This document shows positions 50,253 through 60,597 of a stretch of 64,000 bases of DNA, piece by piece. The DNA is taken from positions 5,347 through 69,346 of the forward strand of contig JAOAHQ010000031.1 of NCBI GenBank assembly GCA_026415155.1, given 5' to 3'. The notes beneath the pieces are model-generated. The model was given only the letters and a program-made list of their open reading frames with translations, did not search any database and was not told the origin of the DNA. The stretch comes from Rhodocyclaceae bacterium. Its GTDB lineage: Bacteria > Pseudomonadota > Gammaproteobacteria > Burkholderiales > Rhodocyclaceae. The translations under genes were made by a program, and so were the position numbers. The number at the start of each line of letters is the position of its first letter. The first letter of the stretch is position 1.

Positions 50253-51011
50253 ATGGCCTGGCTGCGCTCACTCCTTTTCTTTCTCGCCATGCTCGTCACG
50301 ACGCCGCTGATCGTGCTGGCGCTTCTCGCCGTCTTCTGGCTGCCGTCCCGGAGCCGCCGACTTTTCGTGATGCCCTGGGTGCGCCTCGTCATGGGATTCA
50401 TCGAGCACCTGCTCGGCATCCGCCACCGCGTGCTCGGCCGCGAGCACATCCCGAAGGGCCCCTGCGTCGTGCTCAGCAAGCACCAGTCGGCCTGGGAAAC
50501 CTTCGCGCTGCAAACGATCTTTCCACTCACCTCCTTCGTCTATAAGCGCGAATTGCACTGGCTGCCCTTCTTCGGCTGGGGCTTGAAGCTGATGCCCTTC
50601 GTCGGCATCGACCGCGCGGCCGGCAAGGCGGCCTTGAAGCAGGTGGTCGAACGCGGCAAGGAGCGGCTCGAAGAGGGTTACACGGTGGTGATCTTCCCCG
50701 AGGGCACGCGCGTTGCGCCGGGCCAGATGCGCGAATTCAAGATCGGCGGCGCGATGCTCGCCGTTGCCGCCCAGGTCCCCGTCGTACCCGTCGCGCTCGA
50801 TTCGGGCGAGTGCTGGCCGAGAAATGCCTTCGTCAAGCGGCCGGGACTCATCACCGTCAGCATCGGCCCGGCCATCGAGACCGCCGGCAAGAAGGCCGGC
50901 GAAGTCAATGCCGCCGCCCAGGCCTGGATCGAGGCCGAGATGCGCAGGCTTTCTCCCCACCGCTACCGCGATGAAGCGGCTCCGCTCGCCTCAACTGCCG
51001 CTCAGGCTTGA
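50253..51011 (+). CDS. plsC: 1-acyl-sn-glycerol-3-phosphate acyltransferase
   Basis: KHQSAWET, IDR, FPEGTR; glyS-gmhB-plsC synteny. Confidence 0.88.
   Translation: MAWLRSLLFFLAMLVTTPLIVLALLAVFWLPSRSRRLFVMPWVRLVMGFIEHLLGIRHRVLGREHIPKGPCVVLSKHQSAWETFALQTIFPLTSFVYKRELHWLPFFGWGLKLMPFVGIDRAAGKAALKQVVERGKERLEEGYTVVIFPEGTRVAPGQMREFKIGGAMLAVAAQVPVVPVALDSGECWPRNAFVKRPGLITVSIGPAIETAGKKAGEVNAAAQAWIEAEMRRLSPHRYRDEAAPLASTAAQA
50342..50364 (+). repeat. Dispersed 23-bp motif copy (both ends conserved)
   Basis: GCCGTCCCGGAGCCGCCGACTTT inside plsC (LPSRSRRLF). Confidence 0.7.
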
Positions 51012-51429
51012 GACCAATGCGCCAGAGCCCGACCAACGCTGGCGCGCCGGCGGGCGGCTGCGTTACCTGGGCGAGGAGCTCACCCTCGTGCTCGATACCG
51101 ACCGGCGCGAGCCCGGCCGCGTCGGCGAAGAATTGCATCTGCCGCTGCCGCCGGGCGCCACGGGGCGCCAGATTCGCGACGCGGCGGAAGCCTGGCTGCG
51201 CGAAGAAGCGCTCTTGCTTTTCCAAAACTCGGTGCTGGCGGGACGGCCCGCTTTGCGCGTCGTGCTCGCCTATGGCCAGCCCCGCGAGTGGGTGCGGCGC
51301 GAGGGCGACTTGCTGCGCTGCCACTGGCGGCTCATCGAGCAGCCGTGGCCCATCATCGCCGCCGCCCTCGAGCGCGCTGCCGCCGAGCCCGCGGCGCCGC
51401 GCTGCGACGATCTCTTCGCACTGGTCTGA
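50971..51429 (+). CDS. Truncated YgjP/DUF45-like protein without HExxH
   Basis: G.RLRYLGE and CHWRLI parallel the downstream gene's GARLPVLGQ and LNWRLI; stop overlaps the next ATG. Confidence 0.6.
   Translation: MKRLRSPQLPLRLETNAPEPDQRWRAGGRLRYLGEELTLVLDTDRREPGRVGEELHLPLPPGATGRQIRDAAEAWLREEALLLFQNSVLAGRPALRVVLAYGQPREWVRREGDLLRCHWRLIEQPWPIIAAALERAAAEPAAPRCDDLFALV
51225..51247 (-). repeat. Dispersed 23-bp motif copy
   Basis: AAACTCGGTGCTGGCGGGACGGC (NSVLAGRP). Confidence 0.8.
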
Positions 51430-52184
51430 TGGGCGAGCAACTCGAGCTCTTCCGGCTGCCGCCGCCAGGCGCGTCTGCCCACCCCATGGCGCACATCATT
51501 CTCTCTGGCCGCCTCATCCCCTACCAGCTTGCGCGCGGCCGGCGGCGGCTTTCGCTGCGCATCGACGAGACGGGCCTCAAGGTCGGCGCACCGCACTGGC
51601 TGCCGCCGGGCGAGATCGAGGCCTTCATCCGCCATCATGCCGCTTGGGTGCTCGCCAAGCTCGACGAATTCTCGGCGCGCTCGGTGCAGCGGCACCTGCC
51701 GCTTTACGATGGCGCCCGCCTGCCCGTGCTCGGCCAGAACGTGCGCTTACGCATCACGGCGGGGGCCAATCGCGGCTACTGGCAGCGCGGCGAAGCAGGC
51801 GAAGAACTGTGGCTTGCCGCCCGGCCCCACGCCGACTTGGCGCGCCTAGCACGGCAGGCCTTGGAGCGCCGCGCCCGCGAGCATTTCGCGCCCCGTCTTG
51901 CCGAGATGGCCAGGCGCCTTGCACTGCCGCCGCCGCCGTTTGCACTTTCCTCGGCGCGCACGCGCTGGGGCAGCTGCAGTGCGCAAGGCCTCATCCGCCT
52001 CAACTGGCGGCTCATACACTTATCGCCTGAACTCATCGACTACGTGATCGCCCACGAAGTCGCCCATCTCGTCGAGCTGAACCACGGCGCGCGTTTCTGG
52101 GCCCTCGTCGAACGGCTTTATCCCTACTGGCGTGCGGCGCGCGAGGCCCTCAAGCGAGAAGGCGCCTTGGTGCCGATCCTCTGA
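51429..52184 (+). CDS. YgjP/DUF45 (M48-like) zinc metallohydrolase
   Basis: RWGSCS, LNWRL, YVIAHEVAHL, NHGARFW. Confidence 0.9.
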   Translation: MGEQLELFRLPPPGASAHPMAHIILSGRLIPYQLARGRRRLSLRIDETGLKVGAPHWLPPGEIEAFIRHHAAWVLAKLDEFSARSVQRHLPLYDGARLPVLGQNVRLRITAGANRGYWQRGEAGEELWLAARPHADLARLARQALERRAREHFAPRLAEMARRLALPPPPFALSSARTRWGSCSAQGLIRLNWRLIHLSPELIDYVIAHEVAHLVELNHGARFWALVERLYPYWRAAREALKREGALVPIL

Positions 52185-52185
52185 A

Positions 52186-53619
52186 TCACGCGTCGGCCAC
52201 CAGCCGGCCGGCGAGATAGCGTTCGAGGTGGCGGTCGGTGATGCTGATGTGGCTGATGAACCAGTCGAGCAGCAGAAACTGGCAGCGGAAGGCGAGCCGC
52301 AGCGGCGGCGTATTGCCCTCGTGGATTTCATGGGCGAGCTGATCGAGGAACTCGCGGAATTTCATGTGCTGCTGGCGATGCTCGGCAAACGGTGAGTGCG
52401 GATAGCCATGCGCCTGCATCAGGCGCTCCTCAGAATCGAAATGCTCCTGGGTGAATTCGACGAGCTTGACGACGAGCTGTTCGGCCGCCGCGGCCGCCTC
52501 TTGCTGTAACGCCTCGGAGAGCGCGACGATGTGGTTGAAGATGACCTGGTGCATCTCGTCGAGCCCTGCGAAGTTGAGCAGATACTCGGCGCGCCAATGC
52601 GTTGCGCTATCGCTTTCGCCTTCTTCCGCCGTCGGCTCGCGATGGGCATGGCGGCACCGCTGCCAATAGACGGCGGCCGGCGTGTCGCCCGGATTGTGTT
52701 CGAGGCAATTGGAAAATAGCGCCAGCGCCTCGTCCATGCGGCGGAAGTGGTAGTGCGCCAGCGCATCCTCGAAAGTATCGCGGCTCGCGAGTTTGGCCGC
52801 CTTCAAGGCCGGCGGGTCGGCATCGAAGACCTCGTAGATCGACTGCGCGAGGTGCTTGCCGCGCACGCGCACGCGGTCGATGAAGCGGATCGAGAAATCG
52901 GCCGGCTGGCGGATGCTGTTCAAGGTGTGCTGGGTGATGAGGATCGGCGTCTGCCAGGTCTTGGTGAGCGTCTCGACGCGCGAGGCGAGATTGACCGCAT
53001 CGCTGATGACGGTGATCTCCATGCGGTTGCTGCCGCCGATGACGCCGAGCATGAGCAGGCCCGAATTGAGGCCGATACCGATGTGCGTCTCGCCGCCGCG
53101 CCGCTCCGGGTGCTCGAGCGGCAGCTCGCTTTGCAGCACGGCGCGCTGGGCATTGAAGTGGTCGAGCTCGGCGAGCATGCCGAGCGCAGCGCGCAAGGCA
53201 TCATCCCCGCGCGCCGGAAAGAGCGCCATCACCGAATCGCCGATGTATTTGTCGATGAAGCCGCCGTGCGCCAGCACGACGGGCTCCATGAAGGAGAGAT
53301 AGGCGTTGATGAAGTCGAAGCATTGCTGCGGCGACATGCGCTCCGACATCGAGGCGAAGCCGCGGATGTCGGAAAAGAGGATGGTCATCTTCTTCTCGGC
53401 CTGGTTACCCCAGTCGACCTCGAGGATGCTCTCCTTGCCAAGCAGTGCCAGAAGCTGTGGCGGCACGAAGCGCGCATAGGCCGCCTCGAGCTGGGCGAGC
53501 CGCTGCTCGACCCCCTGGCGCGTCGCGATCTCGGCATCGAGCCGCGCCCGCAGACGCTTCAATTCGTCTTCGGCGCTGTGGATGAAGGATGGGGGGGCCT
53601 GGCCGCCGGACTTCGTCAT
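52186..53619 (-). CDS. Class III adenylate/guanylate cyclase fused to a C-terminal hemerythrin domain
   Basis: FSDIRGF, DKYIGD, DAVNLASRVE; hemerythrin H, HxxxE, HxxxH, HxxxxD. Confidence 0.88.
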   Translation of the reverse strand: MTKSGGQAPPSFIHSAEDELKRLRARLDAEIATRQGVEQRLAQLEAAYARFVPPQLLALLGKESILEVDWGNQAEKKMTILFSDIRGFASMSERMSPQQCFDFINAYLSFMEPVVLAHGGFIDKYIGDSVMALFPARGDDALRAALGMLAELDHFNAQRAVLQSELPLEHPERRGGETHIGIGLNSGLLMLGVIGGSNRMEITVISDAVNLASRVETLTKTWQTPILITQHTLNSIRQPADFSIRFIDRVRVRGKHLAQSIYEVFDADPPALKAAKLASRDTFEDALAHYHFRRMDEALALFSNCLEHNPGDTPAAVYWQRCRHAHREPTAEEGESDSATHWRAEYLLNFAGLDEMHQVIFNHIVALSEALQQEAAAAAEQLVVKLVEFTQEHFDSEERLMQAHGYPHSPFAEHRQQHMKFREFLDQLAHEIHEGNTPPLRLAFRCQFLLLDWFISHISITDRHLERYLAGRLVADA

Positions 53620-53648
53620 GCGCCCATTGTATTCCGGCGGGAAAATAC

Positions 53649-53727
<79 letters not shown>

Positions 53728-53757
53728 ATGGGCCGCGCTCGGCGCGGCCCGGCTGAC

Positions 53758-55983
53758 TTATTCGCCGCCGTCGAGGAAGCTTCTCAGCTTTTCGGAGCGC
53801 GAGGGGTGGCGCAGCTTGCGCAAGGCCTTCGCCTCGATCTGACGGATGCGCTCGCGCGTGACGTCGAACTGCTTGCCGACCTCCTCGAGGGTATGGTCGG
53901 TGTTCATCTCGATGCCGAAGCGCATCCTGAGCACCTTGGCCTCGCGCGGCGTCAAGGAATCGAGCACCTCCTTGGTGACCTCGCGCAAGGAAGCATAGAG
54001 CGCCGCATCGATCGGCGCCAGCGTCGTCGTATCCTCGATGAAATCGCCCAGATGCGAGTCGTCGTCGTCGCCGATCGGCGTCTCCATCGAGATCGGCTCC
54101 TTGCTGATCTTGAGGATCTTGCGGATCTTCTCCTCGGGCATGTCCATCCTTTCCGCCAGTGTGGCCGGATCGGGCTCCTGGCCAGTCTCCTGGAGGATCT
54201 GCCGCGAGATGCGGTTCATCTTGTTGATCGTCTCGATCATATGCACCGGGATGCGGATGGTGCGCGCCTGATCGGCGATCGAACGCGTGATGGCCTGGCG
54301 GATCCACCACGTCGCATAGGTCGAAAACTTGTAGCCGCGGCGGTATTCGAATTTATCGACCGCCTTCATGAGGCCGATGTTGCCTTCCTGGATCAAATCG
54401 AGGAACTGCAGTCCCCGGTTGGTGTATTTCTTGGCGATCGAGATCACGAGGCGCAAGTTGGCTTCGATCATCTCGCGCTTGGCGCGGCGCGCCTTAGCCT
54501 CGCCCGTCGACATCTGCTTGTTGATTTCCTTGAGTTCCTTCAAGGGAATGCCGATGCGGTTTTGCAGGTCGATCAAGGCCTGTTGCTCTTCGAGGATGGC
54601 CGGCGCCTGGCGCATCAGCGCCGAAGCATAGGGCTGCTTCGACTGCACCTCCTGCTTGAGCCATTCGAGGTTGGTCTCGTTGCCCGGAAAGACTTTGATG
54701 AAGTGCTGCCGCGGCATGTGCGCCTTATCGACGGCGAGATGCAGGATCTTGCGCTCGTGGTTCCTCACCGCCTCGACCATGCCGCGCACCGAATCACAGA
54801 GGCGCTCGATGGCGCGGGCCGTGAAGCGGATGTGCATCAGCTCATCCGAAATCTGCTTTTGGATCTTGAGATAGGTCTTGTCCTGCGAGCCTTTCTTGGC
54901 CAAGGCCGGCATCAGCTTGTTGTAGAGCTGGCGGATCACCGCAAAGCGCTCGAGGGCGTCATGCTTGAGCTGCATGAGCGAAGCGGAGACGCGCGCCTCG
55001 GCGGCGTCTTCGTCGTCCACGTCGAGCTCTTCGAGCGCCTCGTCCTCGAGCTCGTCACCGGCCGCATCGAGATCCTCTTCCGGCGCATTGGGATCGATGA
55101 GGCCATCGACGAGCTCGTCGATGCGCATCTCGTCACGCGCGACCTTGTCGGCCATCTCGAGGATCTCGGCAATCGTCGTCGGGCAGGCGGAAATCGCCTG
55201 CACCATGTGCTTCAAGCCCTCCTCGATGCGCTTGGCGATCTCGATCTCGCCCTCGCGCGTCAAAAGCTCGACCGTGCCCATCTCGCGCATGTACATGCGC
55301 ACCGGGTCGGTGGTGCGGCCGAATTCGGCATCGACAGAGGAGAGCGCCTGTTCGGCTTCCTCCTCGGCCTCGTCGGCATCGACGGGCGTCGCGGTCTGTT
55401 CGGCAAGCAGCATCTCTTCGGGCGCCGGTGCATGGTCGAACACCTGGATGCCCATGTCGTTGAAGGTGCTGATGATCGCCTCGATCTGCTCGGCATCGAC
55501 GATGTCATCGGGCAGATGGTCGTTGATCTCGGCATAGGTCAGATAACCGCGTTCCTTGCCCAGCTTGATGAGCGTCTTCAGACGCGAGCGGCGCGCCTCC
55601 CAATCGGCGGCGGAAGGCTGGGTCTGCTCGAGTGCGGCGAGCATCTGCTTGTCCTTGAGCTTCTTGGCCTTGGCCGTAGGCTTGGCGGAAGAGGCGGCTG
55701 ACGCGGGCTCTGGCGTGGCGGGCGGCGCGGCCTCGAGCTCGACTTCGTGCACCGGCTTGGCGGGCTTGACGGCCTTCGCCGGGGCCACGGCCGGCTGTTT
55801 CGGGCTGGGCCGATCGGCCGCCTTCGTCGCCGCGGGCTTCGCCGCCGACGCAGACTTCGCTGCACTGGCCTTCGCCGCTGCGGTGGTTTTCGCGCTGGTG
55901 GGCTTCGCGGCAGGCTTGCTGGCGGCCTTGGCGGCGGACGGGCGGGTAGTTTTGGCGGTCGGCTTGGTTGGGGTCTTGGACAT
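53758..55983 (-). CDS. rpoD: Primary sigma factor sigma-70
   Basis: Region 1.1, [34 protein letters not shown]; Ala/Lys/Pro-rich N-terminal extension. Confidence 0.97.
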   Translation of the reverse strand: MSKTPTKPTAKTTRPSAAKAASKPAAKPTSAKTTAAAKASAAKSASAAKPAATKAADRPSPKQPAVAPAKAVKPAKPVHEVELEAAPPATPEPASAASSAKPTAKAKKLKDKQMLAALEQTQPSAADWEARRSRLKTLIKLGKERGYLTYAEINDHLPDDIVDAEQIEAIISTFNDMGIQVFDHAPAPEEMLLAEQTATPVDADEAEEEAEQALSSVDAEFGRTTDPVRMYMREMGTVELLTREGEIEIAKRIEEGLKHMVQAISACPTTIAEILEMADKVARDEMRIDELVDGLIDPNAPEEDLDAAGDELEDEALEELDVDDEDAAEARVSASLMQLKHDALERFAVIRQLYNKLMPALAKKGSQDKTYLKIQKQISDELMHIRFTARAIERLCDSVRGMVEAVRNHERKILHLAVDKAHMPRQHFIKVFPGNETNLEWLKQEVQSKQPYASALMRQAPAILEEQQALIDLQNRIGIPLKELKEINKQMSTGEAKARRAKREMIEANLRLVISIAKKYTNRGLQFLDLIQEGNIGLMKAVDKFEYRRGYKFSTYATWWIRQAITRSIADQARTIRIPVHMIETINKMNRISRQILQETGQEPDPATLAERMDMPEEKIRKILKISKEPISMETPIGDDDDSHLGDFIEDTTTLAPIDAALYASLREVTKEVLDSLTPREAKVLRMRFGIEMNTDHTLEEVGKQFDVTRERIRQIEAKALRKLRHPSRSEKLRSFLDGGE

Positions 55984-56017
55984 GGGCTCGACTCTCGGAT
56001 TGCGGCGAAACACTACA

Positions 56018-57766
56018 TTATACACGCTCAAGCAAGCGCTTTTTGAGGGCGATGAGCTCGGCTAACTGACGCCGCTGCCCGGCGGTCAAGGTGCCGGCGC
56101 GTTCTTGGGCGATCAGCGCCTCGATGCGCCGCTCGAGCGAGCGCGCCTTGAGCCGCTCGATGGCATCCTGGAAGACGGTCTCCTCTTCACCTTCATCGCT
56201 GTGGCTGCCCTCGAGCTCGCCGGCGAGGCCAGCGATGACTTCCTCATGCGCGCTGCCGCGGAAATACTCGAGCAGGAGGCCAAAGTTGCCAGTCGGCAGC
56301 CGGCCAGCCTCGATCGCCTCGACGAGTGCGGCCAGCGCCGCCCCTTCGGCGCTCTCAGTGGGGATGAGCTCGAGCGGCAATCGCGCGGCGCGCTCGGGCC
56401 GGTGCAAAACGGTCAGCAGCAGCGTGCGTTCGAGGGCGGCTGGCTTGGGCAATGGCCGCGACTTCGGCGGCGCCGCTCGACCTCTCGGCAGCGGCTTCAA
56501 ACCGCACAGCGCCTCGAGCTCGGCGGGCGAGACCTGCGCGGCCTCGGCGAGGGCGCGCGTCAGTTGCAGGCGCAGTAGCGGCGCGGCGAGCTTCGTCAGC
56601 AAGGGTTTCGCCTCATGGACGAGGCGGGCGCGGCCTTCGGCGCTGGAAAGGTCTACGCCGGCCTTGAGTTCGCGTAGGAAAAATTCGGCGAGCGTCGTCG
56701 GCTGGGCAGCGAGCCGCTGGAAGGCCTCTGCTCCTTCCGCGCGCACGAAGCTGTCCGGGTCATGCTCAGGGGGCAGGAAGAGAAAGCCGACGAGCTTGCC
56801 GTCGGAGAGCGCTTCGAGGCTCGCCTCCAAAGCCCGCCAGGCCGCCTTGCGGCCGGCGGCGTCGCCATCGAAACAGAACACCACCTGGTCGGCTAAGCGC
56901 AGCAGCTTTCGCACATGAGTCGGGGTGGTCGCCGTGCCGAGGGTGGCGACGGCATTGCCGATGCCAAACTGAGCGAGCGCGACGACATCCATGTAGCCCT
57001 CGACGACGATGACGCGGCCTTCGCTTCGGATTGCGGCGCGCGCCTGCGGCAGGCCGTAGAGCTCCTCGCCCTTTTTGAACAAGGGCGTTTCGGGCGAATT
57101 GAGATACTTGGGCTCGCCTTGCCCGAGCACCCGGCCGCCGAAGCCGATCACATTACCGCGCGCATCCTGGATCGGGAACATGATGCGATCGCGGAAGCGG
57201 TCGTAGCGCCTCCCCTGCTCGTTTTCGATCACGAGGCCGCATTCGACCATCGCCGGGTCGGCGTAGTCGGCAAAGACGCCTGCGAGCGCCTGCCAGTCAT
57301 CGGGCGCGTAGCCCAGTCCATATTTCGCGGCGATCTCGCCGGTCAGTCCCCGGCCTTTCAGGTAATCGATGGCTTTCGGGCTGCGCTTGAGCTCGTCTTT
57401 GTAAAAGCGCGCCGCGCGCGCCAATCGTTCGGTGAGCGGCTGCTGGCGGGCCTTTTCCTGGGCGCGGGCGCTCGTCTGGTGCGGCACGGCCAGGCCGAGC
57501 TGGGCAGCCAAGGCCTCGACGGCCTCGACGAAGCCCAAGCCGCTGTATTGCATCAGGAAACCGATCGCGCTGCCATGGGCGCCGCAGCCAAAGCAGTGAT
57601 AGAACTGCTTGGTGGGGCTCACCGTGAAAGAAGGCGTTTTCTCGCTATGGAACGGGCAGCAGGCCTGGTAATTGGCGCCCGCTTTCTTGAGCGGCACGTA
57701 GCGCTCGATGACATCGACGATGTCGACGCGGGAGAGCAGCTCCTCGATGAAGGATTCCGGGATCAC
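56018..57766 (-). CDS. dnaG: DNA primase
   Basis: CPFH...[28 protein letters not shown]. Confidence 0.96.
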   Translation of the reverse strand: MIPESFIEELLSRVDIVDVIERYVPLKKAGANYQACCPFHSEKTPSFTVSPTKQFYHCFGCGAHGSAIGFLMQYSGLGFVEAVEALAAQLGLAVPHQTSARAQEKARQQPLTERLARAARFYKDELKRSPKAIDYLKGRGLTGEIAAKYGLGYAPDDWQALAGVFADYADPAMVECGLVIENEQGRRYDRFRDRIMFPIQDARGNVIGFGGRVLGQGEPKYLNSPETPLFKKGEELYGLPQARAAIRSEGRVIVVEGYMDVVALAQFGIGNAVATLGTATTPTHVRKLLRLADQVVFCFDGDAAGRKAAWRALEASLEALSDGKLVGFLFLPPEHDPDSFVRAEGAEAFQRLAAQPTTLAEFFLRELKAGVDLSSAEGRARLVHEAKPLLTKLAAPLLRLQLTRALAEAAQVSPAELEALCGLKPLPRGRAAPPKSRPLPKPAALERTLLLTVLHRPERAARLPLELIPTESAEGAALAALVEAIEAGRLPTGNFGLLLEYFRGSAHEEVIAGLAGELEGSHSDEGEEETVFQDAIERLKARSLERRIEALIAQERAGTLTAGQRRQLAELIALKKRLLERV

Positions 57767-57773
57767 CCGGTGA

Positions 57774-58223
57774 TTATGCGCCGACGAGTTTGGCTTTGAC
57801 GAGCTTCGAGACTTCGCCCATGTCGGCGCGGCCGGCGACCTTGGGCTTCACGATCGCCATCACCTTGCCCATGTCGGCCGGCGTCTTGGCGCCCGCTTCC
57901 TCGATCGCCGCCGCGACGATCGCCGCCACTTCGTCGGCCGACAACGGCTGCGGCAGATAGGCGGAGAGCACCGCGACCTCGGCCTTTTCGGCCTCGGCAA
58001 GATCCTGACGCTGGGCGGCTTCATACTGGGCGATCGAGTCTTTGCGCTGCTTGATCATCTTCTCGATCACCGCAATGATGCCCGCATCGTCAAGCGCGAC
58101 GCGCTCGTCGATCTCTTTTTGCTTGATCGCCGCCATGAGGAGGCGGATCGCCCCCAGGCGCGCCGTTTCCTTGGCCTTCAGGGCGGCCTTCATGTCTTCG
58201 TTGATGCGGGCTTTCAGGCTCAT
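57774..58223 (-). CDS. GatB/YqeY-domain protein
   Basis: MKAALKA, KQRKDS, YLPQPL, DMGKVM. Confidence 0.92.
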   Translation of the reverse strand: MSLKARINEDMKAALKAKETARLGAIRLLMAAIKQKEIDERVALDDAGIIAVIEKMIKQRKDSIAQYEAAQRQDLAEAEKAEVAVLSAYLPQPLSADEVAAIVAAAIEEAGAKTPADMGKVMAIVKPKVAGRADMGEVSKLVKAKLVGA

Positions 58224-58235
58224 GCGCGCTCCTTT

Positions 58236-58265
58236 CTACCAATGCCAAAACTACCAATGCCAAAA
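58236..58265 (+). repeat. Perfect 15-bp tandem duplication
   Basis: CTACCAATGCCAAAA x2. Confidence 0.9.
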
Positions 58266-58288
58266 CCGCCAGCCAAGGCGGTTTTGGC
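58259..58288 (-). terminator. Terminator-like hairpin after rpsU
   Basis: GCCAAAACCGCC-AGCCAA-GGCGGTTTTGGC, a 12-bp stem. Confidence 0.65.
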
Positions 58289-58305
58289 GGGAAATCGGCC
58301 AGGTG

Positions 58306-58518
58306 TCAGTACAGCTTCGGCGGCAGGAGCTGGCTGCGCAGGCGCTTGTGATGGCGCTTGATGGCGGCCGCGAGCTTGCGCTTGCGCTCGGCGGTGGGCT
58401 TTTCATAGAACTCACGCGAGCGCAGTTCGGTGAGGATGCCGGCCTTTTCGATGGTGCGCTTGAAACGGCGGATGGCGACCTCGAAGGGCTCGTTTTCCTT
58501 GACGCGAATACCGGGCAT
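58306..58518 (-). CDS. rpsU: 30S ribosomal protein S21
   Basis: [21 protein letters not shown]...REFYEKPT. Confidence 0.96.
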   Translation of the reverse strand: MPGIRVKENEPFEVAIRRFKRTIEKAGILTELRSREFYEKPTAERKRKLAAAIKRHHKRLRSQLLPPKLY

Positions 58519-58598
58519 GCAAGTTTCCTGGTGGGGTGGGTTGAAGAAAGCCGCGCATTCTAACGATTTCCAAGCGAATGTCAAAGTAAAATTTTGTG

Positions 58599-59618
58599 AT
58601 GTTGGTGCTGGGCCTCGAATCTTCCTGCGACGAAACCGGCGTCGCGCTCTACGACACCGCTCGGGGGCTGCTCGCCCATGCCGTGCATTCGCAGGTGGCG
58701 ATGCACGAGGAATACGGCGGCGTCGTCCCGGAACTTGCTTCGCGCGACCACATCCGCCGGCTCGTGCCGCTCATCGAGAAAGTCCTCGCCGAGGCCGGCG
58801 CGAGCAAAGAGGAGATCGACGCGATCGCCTATACGGCTGGCCCGGGGCTTGCCGGCGCCTTGCTCGTCGGGGCGAGTTTCGCCGCAGCGCTCGCGCTGGC
58901 CCTAGGCGTGCCGGCCTTGCCCATCCACCACCTCGAAGGCCACCTGCTCTCGCCCCTCCTTTCCGCCGATCCGCCGCAGTTTCCTTTCGTCGCGCTCCTG
59001 GTCTCTGGCGGCCATACCCAGCTCATGCGCGTTGCTGGCGTCGGCGCCTACGAATTGCTCGGCGAATCGCTCGACGACGCGGCAGGCGAAGCCTTCGACA
59101 AGACCGCGCAGCTCTTGGGCCTTGGCTATCCCGGCGGGCCGGCGCTCGCCAAGCTCGCCGCTGCCGGCACCCCCGGCAGATTCAAGCTGCCGCGGCCGAT
59201 GCTCGGAAGCGGCGACTTCATGTTCAGCTTCTCGGGTCTCAAGACCGCCGTGCTCACCGCCGTGCGCGAGCGAGTGCTTACCGAAGCCGACCAGGCCGAT
59301 CTGGCGGCAGAGTTCCAAGAAGCCGTCACCGAGGTATTGACGGTGAAGGCGCTTGCGGCCTGCCACGCGACGGGCCTCGCAACGCTCATCGTCGCCGGCG
59401 GCGTGGGCGCCAACCAGCGGCTGCGCGAGCGGCTCGATGCCGCCGCCAGCACAGCAGGCGTGAGAGTGCATTATCCAGAGCCCGCGCTTTGTACCGACAA
59501 TGGCGCGATGATCGCCTTCGCCGGCGCCTTGAGGTTCCAAGCGGGGCTAGCAGAGAAGACTGGCGCGCGCTGCGGCGCCTTTACCATCCGGCCGCGCTGG
59601 CCGTTGGCGATGGCTTAA
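58599..59618 (+). CDS. tsaD: tRNA N6-threonylcarbamoyltransferase TsaD
   Basis: [38 protein letters not shown]. Confidence 0.96.
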   Translation: MLVLGLESSCDETGVALYDTARGLLAHAVHSQVAMHEEYGGVVPELASRDHIRRLVPLIEKVLAEAGASKEEIDAIAYTAGPGLAGALLVGASFAAALALALGVPALPIHHLEGHLLSPLLSADPPQFPFVALLVSGGHTQLMRVAGVGAYELLGESLDDAAGEAFDKTAQLLGLGYPGGPALAKLAAAGTPGRFKLPRPMLGSGDFMFSFSGLKTAVLTAVRERVLTEADQADLAAEFQEAVTEVLTVKALAACHATGLATLIVAGGVGANQRLRERLDAAASTAGVRVHYPEPALCTDNGAMIAFAGALRFQAGLAEKTGARCGAFTIRPRWPLAMA

Positions 59619-60208
59619 GCTTTCTGGCCGATCTTGCTTTCCGTGCCGGCGAGCAGGCGGCGGATGTTGGCCCGATGGCGCCAGATCAACAGCGCGCACA
59701 TCGCCACGACGACCGCCGAGGTCGCCCCAACGCCATGACTTGCGAGCGCGAAGAGAGGCGCGACGCTCGCCGCGACGAGCGCGGCGAGCGACGAATAGCG
59801 GCTGATGAGGGCGGTGGCAAGCCAGGCGAGCAGCGCACCTGCGGCCAACCAGCCATCGAGGCCGATCAAGACACCAAGCGCCGTGGCCACCCCCTTGCCG
59901 CCGCGAAAACGCAAAAAGACCGGAAAGAGATGCCCGAGGAAAGCGGCGAGACCCACGAACGCCTGGGCCGTGCCATCGGCGCCGAGTTTTGCGGCCAGCA
60001 GCATCGCGAGCCAGCCCTTCGCTGCATCGCCCAAGAGAGTGAGCGCCGCGGCCGTCTTGTGCCCGGTGCGCAATACGTTGGTGGCGCCGGGGTTACCCGA
60101 GCCATGCTCGCGCGGGTCGGCGAGCCCAAAGGCCTTCGAGACGATCACCGCGAAGGGCAGCGAGCCGATCAGGTAGCCGAGGATGAGGTGGAGGGGCAGG
60201 TTTTCCAT
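59615..60208 (-). CDS. plsY: Glycerol-3-phosphate acyltransferase PlsY
   Basis: [25 protein letters not shown]. Confidence 0.95.
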   Translation of the reverse strand: MENLPLHLILGYLIGSLPFAVIVSKAFGLADPREHGSGNPGATNVLRTGHKTAAALTLLGDAAKGWLAMLLAAKLGADGTAQAFVGLAAFLGHLFPVFLRFRGGKGVATALGVLIGLDGWLAAGALLAWLATALISRYSSLAALVAASVAPLFALASHGVGATSAVVVAMCALLIWRHRANIRRLLAGTESKIGQKA

Positions 60209-60240
60209 ACAATGCCGGGCATTCTAATCGAGGCCCTGCC

Positions 60241-60597
60241 ATGGACTTCATCTTCATCGAAGAGATGCGCGCCGAGGCGCACGTCGGCATCTATGCACGC
60301 GAGCGGGTGGCGCCACAGACGCTCGAGCTGTCGCTGACCTTCGGCGTGCCCGACGAGGCGGCGCGCGAGGACGACATCGCCAAGACCATCGACTACGCAC
60401 AAGTGATCGCGCGCATCCGCGAAGAGCTCGCGGCGCGCCATTTCAACCTGCTCGAAACCCTTGGCGAATTCGTGATCCATCTGCTGCTCGACGAATTCCG
60501 CGCCCCCTGGGTCAAGGTCTCGATCGCCAAGGTCGGCATCGCCAAGGGCGTCAAGCGCGTTGGTGTGCAGATCGAGCGGGCGCGGGAATGGCGCTAG
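60241..60597 (+). CDS. folB: Dihydroneopterin aldolase
   Basis: VGIYARER, TIDYA, FNLLETL; divergent from plsY. Confidence 0.9.
   Translation: MDFIFIEEMRAEAHVGIYARERVAPQTLELSLTFGVPDEAAREDDIAKTIDYAQVIARIREELAARHFNLLETLGEFVIHLLLDEFRAPWVKVSIAKVGIAKGVKRVGVQIERAREWR

Noticed and set aside
53728-55701. Long antisense ORFs (here opposite rpoD; also opposite glyS, accC and the M16 genes)
   Set aside because: Shadow ORFs from GC-rich codon bias, with no recognisable motifs
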